NCBI GenBank assembly: GCA_048128005.1
Contig: JBEUKZ010000137.1
Location: 248,001-312,000 of the forward strand
DNA: 64,000 bases
Reading direction: 5' to 3'
From: Veleropilina oligotropha
Lineage: Eukaryota
Shown here: positions 54,001 to 64,000 of the stretch, piece after piece
Layout: every line of letters begins with the position of its first letter
How positions within the stretch are numbered: the first letter of the stretch is position 1
Notes under the pieces: generated by a model
Seen by the model: only the letters and a program-made list of their open reading frames with translations
What the model was told of the DNA's origin: nothing
Database searches by the model: none
Translations under genes and position numbers: made by a program

Positions 54001-54795
54001 AGACCTGTAGATAGTGCAGCATTTTTCATGACTTGGTTTGGTTTTGATTGATACTTAATGTAGCATTTATAACAACACATCAGGTTCATACCAGAACACG
54101 TCCATGTTAACTAGGGGAAACCGGCTGTCACCGACCAGGTATGGACCACTGTCCTGTTAAAGGTATAAGGATTGGCCAGCCAAGGAACCGAACACAGTCC
54201 TGTTGGACAGGATAGTGAAACAAGTGGATTCAAAGTCTCCAATCTTATCTGCTATCTTATCTTATCGGATTGGTTTGAATCGATGCGTAAGATCCCAATT
54301 TATCACGTCTTGGTCATTTTTCCATAGTGCAGCACCGTGTATTATTCATCAAATATCGAAATGCCATTGGCTGCTTACAAAGAGCCTTTAAAGTAACCAA
54401 TGAAAACACAAGTGACGAACGTCATCCGAAAAATTGTCTTATATAGAAACGATTCTGGCCAAACTCAATCCAAAACGCAATCGACGATAACGTGTCGCAC
54501 CTATAGCTAGATGTTTGAATTACGGTTGTAAATTTTAAGCACAAATAGTATTCATTATCCTTTTTCATTTATGTAACATATAAAATGTTAGCATTTTATC
54601 TTCACATATTTGCTTGTTAATCTTTAATTATACTTTTATGCCAAAGACACAACGCATAAATAAGTAGTATGTACTTTAATAATATTAATAATAAACATAT
54701 AAAAGGTTTGGCATTTTGGGGACAGCACGGCATGTAAACGGAAAATAATTAAAGCTGAGTAAAAATAGAGGTGACCGAGTGTCACTAATTAATTG

Positions 54796-55109
54796 GTGGG
54801 CAGCGGGAGCTACCGCTCACTGGTTTAATTGAAAAATGGCCAAGTGGGCAGCGGGAGCCACCAGTCACTTGCTTAAAAAATGAGTACATAAAAGATAACT
54901 TAATTACACAGCGCCGAGTGGGCAGCGGGAGCTACCAGTCACTGGGTGTGATTGTATTGCACGATACCGAGTTGTCGGCGGAAGCTACGTGTAAATAGTT
55001 GTGATGCAAAAGCTAAGTGGGCAGCGGGAGCTACCGGTCACTTGCTCAATGAGGAGATACATGCTATTGCACAGCACCGAGTGGGCAGCGGGAGCTACCG
55101 GTCACTGGT
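54796..55109 (+). repeat. Interspaced repeat: 5 conserved + 1 degenerate GTGGGCAGCGGGAGCTACC.GTCACT cores
   Basis: Cores start at 54796, 54844, 54918, 54971 (degenerate), 55017, 55081, separated by unequal spacers. Confidence 0.85.
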
Positions 55110-55912
55110 CGATTAATTAACTCATTAATAAATTAACCTATATAATTATTGCTTTTGAATAAGTGATTTAGTAAAGTATAAAATAGCTTTTCTAATTGGG
55201 GATGATAACAATGCCCAAACGAGGAATATAATGAAGTTGTATGCCGAGTGTCCCCAAAAGAAAAGTAATGAAATAAAAGAGCTATACTAAAATACTGTTC
55301 AAAGTAGATGAAAATGGCATGAAACAAATACATCATTACTACCGTGACACGGGTATAAACGACGCACATAAAAAACCGACAGAAACAGGACTGTAGCAAC
55401 TAGCAATCATAGAAAAAATATTACATGTCACTATTTTTAGTAATGCATGTAATGCGTCAGTATGACATCATTCCATATTACTTACAATGCGCCGTAGTGT
55501 CAACGTCGCTACTTTCTAATAGCGAAGTCGTGAATTGTTTTAAATTAATTTTATCAAAAACAGACATGTGATAAGTAGAACATCACATTCGGCAAAGCCT
55601 CGGAAAATGTGAAAATTAGTTAAACTCGTTTCATATTAAAAATGCGATATTACACCACCACTCCTTTGTGAGATCCTCTATTTAACACCTTCAGGGTCTT
55701 ACCAGGACACGTCTATATTTTTGCCTGAGGAAATCAACCAATGCTGAAATTACAAATTTGCCCAACCGAGGATTCGAGCCCATTCCTGTTAAACTCATAC
55801 CTTTTATCCACTCGTCTATTGGAGCGGCCCTTCACTGTCTATGGAGAACAATAAACTGATATTAACATTAATATGCTCACAATTTTGCACAAAACTAGGG
55901 CAGACAACTCAC

Positions 55913-55999
55913 CTGTACACACATCAAGGTCACCAAGATGATCGCCAGCATGAAGGCGGCAGAGACGATCACGTCCACTGAACGCTGAGGGCCTCTTTT
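55913..55999 (-). CDS. PHTF: PHTF-family exon
   Basis: KRGPQRSVDVIVSAAFMLAIILVTLMCVQ (29 codons); tttttag / GTGAGT. Confidence 0.95.
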
Positions 56000-56526
56000 C
56001 TAAAAATACAATTAAGAACATTTGTTACATTTAATTCATTCTTCTAACATGTCAGTTATCATATTACAATGCACCATTTGATGGTATATTTATTAATTTC
56101 TCTCATGTCTTTTGCGCTGATCCTGGGTAGAACGGTGATGTCTTTGGGAGTTAGTTCTAAAATAAATCAATTATTAGTTGAGCCGTTTACGGAGAAACTA
56201 TTGTATTGAGGCTGTCTGTCTGTGTGGTGTATGTCCGCGATGACTTTACATGGCATAACATGGTCAATTCAAAACATATAGCCACGAAACTTCATATATA
56301 TGATATATGTGTGGATATCTAACTACTGATTGATTTATGCGGTCAAAGGTCAAGGTCACCAAGGTAAAATAAGTGTACCTAGAAAGATAAAATTAAGTTT
56401 ATTGAGAGTGGGCACTGCGGCTTAACTATGCTTCCTCTCGGATGCGCTTGTTGTGATATACATGTATATGAAAAATTTGCAATGGAAATGAAATAACAAA
56501 TTGCTGCCAATGACTGGAAAAATCAT

Positions 56527-57563
56527 CGCCAATATCATTGTACATGTATTGTATTACAATCAAGGGAGATAACCTCTGCCTCAGCCTGCGCGCTTGGAGC
56601 TCTACTCCCTGGATACTCTTCTATCTTTGTTTCGGCGCCATTAAAAACGTGTTTGTAACGCGCCTCGTCTTTTGGTTGTTTTGTCAAGACATACCTATAG
56701 ATGTAGGAGATTTGGTCTACCTTCACGCAGACAGAAACAAGTCGGCTGCCCGAAAGAGATATCTCGTCACTGGCTCTCAACTTCGTTGTGCATCATATCG
56801 GGTCAAACGAGCTGAGTACTATAAATTACCGGCTTCAATCGACCCTATTGCATCACAACATCAGCTTTATTCGCGCGATTATTCCTCTTCTGATGAGAAA
56901 ACATCATGTGGGAAAGATCACATTTCTCTTAGTGCTCCTATTGTACCAAACAAAATTTACGGTGAACTCAACGATTTTCGACCAATTTCCCCACCGCCAG
57001 ATATGGACACACGGGAAGTCGACAATCCCAACTCACCAACACGTGTTATCGAAGAAACCACTCTAGGGGCAACCAAGCCTCTCGAGAGATCGGATCGTCA
57101 GCGACGACCACCCAAGTATATCAGTGATTTCGACATTAAGTTTTAGTCATACATTTATATTTGTTGATGGGGCAGAATAATCCCCGTGTGCCTGAGAGCA
57201 GTCTACTCCATGATGGCACCATTTTAATTATAGTCATAGTTCAAATTGCCTTGTCACATATCATATATTTGCTATAACAAATGAAGGGGCAGAATAATCC
57301 CCTTGTTCTAGAGGGCAGTCTACCCAATGATGGCACCGTTATATTAATTTAGATACATCTTGTGTGCATCGTAGTTAGACGTAGTGTTATTCATACAATA
57401 TAATGTTCATAGAAAAGAAAAAAGTGGTCACGCCAATATCATTGTATTGTATTACCGTCAAGGGAGATAACCTCTGCCTAAGCCTGCGCGCTTGGAGCTC
57501 TACTCCCTGGACACCATTAAAAATGTGTTTGTAACGTGCCTGGTCTTTTGGTTGTTTCGTCGA
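56527..57563 (+). mobile_element. Internally deleted LTR-retrotransposon relic (probably Ty3/Gypsy)
   Basis: Direct repeats 56527-56685 and 57424-57563; purine tract AGAAAAGAAAAAAG then TG before the 3' copy; internal peptide IDVGDLVYL...RYLV...RSDRQRRPPKYISDF typical of pol C-termini. Confidence 0.7.
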
Positions 57564-57646
57564 TGTGTATAAATCCAACCTAACTGGCGCATTGAAAAAT
57601 ATGACGCATGCATACACAGCCTATTGTTATACACATATTTAATTTA

Positions 57647-57841
<195 letters not shown>

Positions 57842-58481
57842 TCATGTTCTCATCATACCAAATGCATATATCAAATAACTTTTCACTTTCTTTGTCATAT
57901 GTGACTATAATTTTAATATAAATATATTATATCTTCTCTTAACACCATATAATGAAGATGTTATGTTAATTATTCATTATTCCTATACACTCTCCTTAAA
58001 AAATAAATATAAAGTTTAAATACAAACGTCAATTTTAAACTTTCTTTATTTTATGAAATAGCAAATTGTTGACGCAGCTGTGTAAAGCACATATTTACAT
58101 CGTCCTCCATTTAGCTCACTGCAGTTTGATTGCGTTCCTACTAACTATGAACGCATTAGTGAAAATAGGCTAGGCGTAGTAATATCGCACTATGTTTCTT
58201 GTTATAATATAATTGTTATACATGTAAAGTTTTGTCTCTATATTAAATGCAAAATTTACATTATATATTTAATATCAATTAAATGTATGAATGGAATTTA
58301 ACAATATTGCTCATTATTTTTACCACAGAATGAAATCCATACAGGAACTATTTTTCTGCACGATAGAAAGTCTGTTCCATTAATTGGACGTTACCTGAGG
58401 ATATACAATAATTACTACATCACAAGAAACTAAAATATTATGTTGATTTTCATGGGATTGTGGTTAAATACTAATGTAAAT

Positions 58482-58641
58482 ATAAGGATTGAATTGCAGA
58501 TGGACTGCGTTTATGATGCTATGAATGCAAGCAGCAGGTATACATATTATTAATGAAGCGCTAATGTGCACCATAGAAGGTGTAATTGCTGCTTGCATTC
58601 ATAGCATCATAAACGCAGTCCAACTGCAGTTCAATCCCTAT
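58482..58641. repeat. Inverted repeat with ~55-bp arms (fold-back element)
   Basis: GGATTGAATTGCAGATGGACTGCGTTTATGATGCTATGAATGCAAGCAGC versus GCTGCTTGCATTCATAGCATCATAAACGCAGTCCAACTGCAGTTCAATCC. Confidence 0.9.
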
Positions 58642-58879
58642 TGTGGAACACTTTCCGAGCGATCGTTATGCAGCGTAAAGCATAATATGTTTCACGCATC
58701 ACGCACACATATGCTTCAATTGATTTCAGTACGTGTTGTCCACACATATTACGCTTCATGCTTCACGCGTACATGGGTGTATAGCTTACTCATACATGTG
58801 CTTCTGTTTCACCCAGACGATCTGATATCTAAGTAGGTATCTGGTTGGCAGTGACGGAAATTGTCACATCACTATGTAT

Positions 58880-59970
58880 AACAAGAGTCATCAGAAGAAG
58901 ACGTATCCCCCAGGTTGAACGTTAATTTTAACACTACATTTAAGCAAGAAGACAGATCCATCAATATCCCCGCAATGGTATATTCACACTATATGCTTTA
59001 TGTTATTGAAACAACAATAGAATAAGCGAAATATCGTTTTTTAAATAATAACAAGGGAAATAACTACATCAATAATAGCAGGACAACGTAAAAATTGGCG
59101 GGATGGCACCTGGTGAGTTATGCAACTACCGAATATAACAACTAAGATTCAAATAGATAAGTTAAGTGATTTCAGAGATACGCTCCGGAAAAAGATAAAT
59201 AACAAGGGCAAAAACTCTGTCATTAATCACTGCGCAACGTAAAAATTAGGAATAGGCATAAGGTAACCAACTATTGAATACACCCACCAAGTTTTGTAAA
59301 GATAAGCCAAGCACTTTATGACATATAATCCAGAAAACATCTTGTAACAAATTTAAGGCAAGGGCAATAACTCTGTTGAACGTCGAAATTAGCAAAGGCA
59401 ATAGCTAACCAACTACTCTATACAAATTTCATAAAGATATACCAAGCTGTTTATGGGATACGCTCCAAAAAGAAAATATTAACGAATTTACAACAAGGGC
59501 AATAACTCTGTTATTAATCGTCGCACGTCGCAATTAGCGAAAGGCACCAGTTCACCAACTACTGAATACACCCACCAAGTTTCATAAAGATATGCCAATC
59601 GGTTTATGCGATACGCTCCGGAAAAGATAACATTAACAAATTTAGCAAAAGGTATCAGTTCACCAACTACTTAATACACCCAGTAAGTTTCGTAAAGTTA
59701 TGTTGAGCGGTGCATGAGATACGGTGAGGAAAAGATAACATTAGCGAATTTACAAGGGCAGTAACTCTGTTAATAATCGCAGCTCAACGTCGAAACTGGC
59801 AAAAGATACCAGTTCACCGACTTCTTAATACACCCTGGAAGTATCGTAAAGCGGTGTAAGAGATATGCTCCGGAAACGATATTGATTACATACAGATGGA
59901 CAGACAGACAGACTGGGCGATCGCAAGTTCCCCCCCCCCCCCCCCCCGTTTGTAACGGGGGGGATAATAA
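58880..59970 (+). mobile_element. Helentron/pearl-like element with diverged internal tandem units
   Basis: AACAAG start, sub-terminal ATCCCCC, (AGAC)n, terminal C-run/G-run hairpin; relatives at 30778-36335 and 63279-64000. Confidence 0.75.
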
Positions 59971-60384
59971 TATGACGTCACGTCACAATAATTAATTAAA
60001 AATCTCTCAAGAAACTGGCATTGCGAGTTTGAGTAATATGACAAATAATGTTTTGTACGATTTACCAGATACATTACTGTAATTTGTAATGCCAATTCTT
60101 ATTTATGTAAATAACTACAAGATCTGTTATTTAGGTAAATGCAGTAAAAACGAACACATGGGCTTCCGTAGTGACATGAAAGTAGTTTCTACGATTTGCT
60201 AGCCATTTTGAATATATAAGCAGCAGACATTTTCTGAATTTAAATAAGCTGTGTGCGTGATACAGGGTCTCGGAAAACTGTGCGTGAAAAGGCACGAGGA
60301 AACGACTGGTATATAATAAAATAATTTATTAAAACATTAAGAATAACAAAAAGTAGTCTCCACATGACCGGCTGCTGCTATTAC

Positions 60385-60481
60385 CTGTTTAAATGTCCTG
60401 TCTGCCACGGAGAGAAGAAAGAAGAAAGTCAGGGTGAGGACGAGACGCTGTAAAATGGCATTGCCGATGATAAGATTAAAC
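60385..60481 (-). CDS. PHTF: PHTF-family exon
   Basis: (R)FNLIIGNAILQRLVLTLTFFFLLSVADRTFKQ; 97 nt, phase-compatible; ttttcag / GTAAT. Not in the ORF track. Confidence 0.9.
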
Positions 60482-61629
60482 CTGAAAAGAAAATCCAATT
60501 CTGTGTTTTGCTACAATCATCATCATGTGATATGTCAAAGAAAAAAAAATAAAGAATTGAAACTAGAGCTATCACATGCCCCCACGAAAGCATTTGACCC
60601 AGGAACAGGCTGTTGCATACACACATGAACTTTCATGTCCCTCAATAAAATAGTATGGGATATATGGAGCGGAAGGGAATTTTAGACTGAATGCGGTATT
60701 TAGCGCCCCTGCTATGTTTACTTACAAAGATAACGGAAACATCTAATATCGATTTTCACTCAAATTTAATCAGTTAACTTTCTCTAATATTCTTCGCACA
60801 TTCATCTTCCTTTGGCGGAAGATTCACTTTCGGTTTCCCGCACGGGTTATCCCCCTGTGCTGCACTCTCCAACTAAAAGAGTAAGAATACTCCCTACCAT
60901 GTATATGATTGCGAAATCACGTTTCTGCAGGGGAAAGTTGATATTCAATGAAAGCGGGATGTTTGCGAGCCTCGACGATTACAACGCGAATGACACTAGC
61001 AATGAATTTGTTAACAGGACAGATGACGTTGTAAATAATTCTTTCTTTGTAAATAACATTTATGTATCGTTGAGCAAGTTTGATAGATTTACAATGCGTT
61101 GCTGACACGTGGTCTCACCCGCCCTTTTCATTGTTGATTCACACTGCTGTCCAGGCGAGTGTCGCGATGTATTTTTAAGTAACTACATTAATATTTATGA
61201 ATAAATATAACTGTAATACCACATGTGTTTCATATTATCTTTATTTTATCATATTTATGGAAGTTCAATGAAAAATTTTTGCCATTCATATAATATATGT
61301 ATTTGACCACATATTTTAATATTATGAAAATAAATCCTATTTAGCGCCCCCATATGCCAATTTTTTAAGCGCCCGGGGTGCTTAATAGGTCGAATACATA
61401 TAATACATATAATAATTTATATACAGAATATACAATTCTGGGAAATGATTGATATATCTGCTTAGTCATCACAATAATTATTCAATTTCGACAGTCGTTC
61501 AAACATCTGATAGGAATATTCAGTAAAGACAAATTTTCACCTACAATATTTTAATTAATTCAAAAACCCTTCAATTGATCATAAACTATTTTCCAATAAA
61601 AATTTGCTATATATTCAGGATTCACGCAC

Positions 61630-61885
61630 CTCCATGGAATAGTAAGTATAACTCTTGACGCATTGTAGGCGCCCTCGTACGACGTGAAGTCGATCAGCTC
61701 TTTGGTGTGGTATATCCGGAAGATGAGTGGAGCTAACCCCATGACGACGGAGAAGGCGATTCCGATCAGGATGTAGTCCGAGCTCTCCGGAATGCTGTCC
61801 ACTTTGTCAATGATGACCCAGCCGATGTCCAGAGCCGTCAGGTCGACCTTCTTGCACTCGTTACCCTCCCAAATCATGCAGCTGA
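61630..61885 (-). CDS. PHTF: PHTF-family protein exon (gene begins beyond the right edge)
   Basis: SCMIWEGNECKKVDLTALDIGWVIIDKVD... matches the PHTF1/2 'IWEGNECKK.D' motif; ttccag acceptor, GTGCGT donor (phase 2). Confidence 0.92.
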
Positions 61886-61886
61886 C

Positions 61887-62056
61887 TGGAAGAAGCAGAT
61901 GACATTGTGAAAATCAAATGGAAGAAGCAGACGACATTGTGAAAATCAAATGGAAGCAGATGACATTGTGAAAATCAAATGGAAGAAGCAGACGGCTTTA
62001 TGTAAATGGAAGGAGCAGATGACATTGTGAAAATCAAATGGAAGAAGCAGACGACA
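61887..62056. repeat. About 5.5 x 32-bp tandem repeat abutting a PHTF acceptor
   Basis: TGGAAGAAGCAGATGACATTGTGAAAATCAAA. Confidence 0.9.
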
Positions 62057-64000
62057 AATGAATCGATGCTTAACTACATGCTCAAGAGGAAAGCAGTAAC
62101 TAAACAATGAATACCATAGACGTAACCTAGGATTCAACGCACTGTTATTTAAACAGAGCAGTCAAACCAGTAAATCAGTGTTGGCACTCAACACCACCCG
62201 GCTATCGGAGCGATTAACGGAAATAGAACAAGAAACAAGCACAGAATGTGTGCAATAACCTGCGTCATAAGCAAAATTTCTACTGTGAAACATGTGTGAT
62301 ACATATAATACAGACCATGTTTCTGTATGATTTCATAGAATTCACAAATTGGTTTTCAAGAGTTACGCCCCTTTGACGCCCCTTTGACAGACTTAGTTAA
62401 CTATAATAAAGTTGATTAATTATAATTTAATAAAGTATGCAAAATCTTAAAATGTTTAACTGTTATACCTCTTTTACTACTGTGAAACATGTGTGATACA
62501 TATAATACAGACCACGTTTCTGTATGATTTAATATTTATTCATCAAAGAGGCTGTCATGGTAATTTGCTATTCTGTTAGGCAGCATCTCTCAATTCATAC
62601 ATCAAGTGGTCATGCACTTTTTTCAAATTGGCTTGTTGTCGAAGTCGCCTAAAAGGTGGAAGATCTGGTTGAAATCATTTCAAAATTGTCTTCCCCCCAA
62701 GAAGAACAACAACAACAACAACTTACATGTACCATTCATTGACCCTGCTAGACGCAGGTAAAAAGTAAGCACAACTTACATACCCCTGTTCGGTGCTTTC
62801 AATAATTATAGTCTGTCAATGTAATATCAGCCATTATTCTTTAAAATATAAGAAATCTCTGCAGACACTGCGGCGAAACGATGACTAAACCATTGTGTCC
62901 CCCCGACTATGGTCTGTGGATTCAATTATATATATGAGCCCTGGCCAGTTGAGGATAGTGATATTAGACACGTACACTGGACATACAGTCTGTTCTTGTA
63001 ATGGCAATATACAATCCCATTTTAAAATACTCATGGAATAAATCAATGAGGAAGTCAGTTTTCAAAATCCATCCAATTCATCTCTTTTGATAATTCCAGC
63101 TCCACAGAATGACGAATAAGCTTAACAGCTTACTGTACCTAATCACGGTGAGCAAGTCTTACAGATAAGCACGTCCCTTTCATCATACAGTCATACATAC
63201 ATAATATTTACATAAGTAAACAAAAGAAATAAAATTACATTTCAAAAATTAAATTTCAATACTCCAAAGCATAATTAAACAAGAAGACAAAGCCATCAAT
63301 ATCCCCTGCAATGGTACATTCACAATAATTAATATATATGCTGTATAGTTGATTTAAATAATAGCAAGGGCAATAAATCTGTCATTAATCATGGGAAATA
63401 AATCTGTCATTAATCATGACGCCACGTGAAAATTATGAAAAGGCACCAGTTAACCAGCTACTGAATACACCCACCAAGTTTCGTAATGACAAGTCAAGCA
63501 CTGTATGAGATATATAGTCGGGAATAACAAAATTAAAGCAAGGCAATAACTCTGTGAATATTTGACGTACAATGTCAAAATTAACGAAAGGCACCAGTTC
63601 AACAACTGCTTAATACACGCACCACATTGCATAAAGTTATGCCGAGCGGTTTATGAGATCCGCTTCGGAAAGGAGAACAGTAACAAATTAACAACAAGGG
63701 CAATAACTCTGTTTATGATCACCAAACAACGTCGAAACTAGCAGAAAGCACCAGTTCACCGCCTACTTAATATATCCAGCAAGTTTCGCAAAGTTATGTC
63801 GAGCGGTGTATGACCTACGCTCTGAAAAAGATAAAACATTTTAACAAATTTAGACAAAGGGATATAAGTCTGCTAATAATCGCCTCACAACGTCGAAACC
63901 AGCAAAAGGTACCAGTTCACCGACTAAGTACTGAAAACATCCAGCAAGTTTCATAAAATTATGTCAAGCTACGCTCCGGAAAAGATAACATTAACGAATT

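Noticed and set aside
54796..55109. True CRISPR array
   Set aside because: Eukaryotic intron, no cas genes, spacer lengths very uneven and partly related to each other; kept only as a structured repeat.
60694..61400. ORF 60812-61105 as a gene
   Set aside because: No recognisable domain; lies among TTTAGCGCCC motifs suggesting a decayed TIR element whose ends I could not define.

Overview
AT-rich, repeat-dense eukaryotic (animal) genomic DNA, most consistent with a lophotrochozoan invertebrate such as a mollusc. That assignment is inferred from the repeat types; the species cannot be determined. Three intron-containing protein genes lie on the minus strand. (1) The 5' part of a DENND3-like Rab-GEF gene (coding exons 7858-7950, 6817-7174, 3701-3825, probable 24-nt micro-exon 3114-3137, 226-368; continues past the left edge). 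(2) An mTERF-family gene (main exon 25221-26531). (3) The last seven coding exons of a PHTF-family gene (61885 down to the stop at 43418; begins past the right edge), including a GC-AG intron. The rest is mostly nested mobile DNA: Helentron/pearl-like elements carrying 160-190 bp tandem arrays, CAGG-ended TIR elements with 5-bp TSDs, fold-back MITEs, tRNA-derived SINEs, decayed RTE-X and CR1/L2-group LINEs, a THAP/ISL2EU-like transposase relic and an LTR relic. The two most unusual signals are (a) four unrelated tandem arrays each built from the 3' splice-site region of a host exon, and (b) an intronic array of conserved GNRA-capped hairpin cores separated by diverged spacers (54796-55109). 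Exon structures were read by hand from splice signals and phase; no database searches were run.
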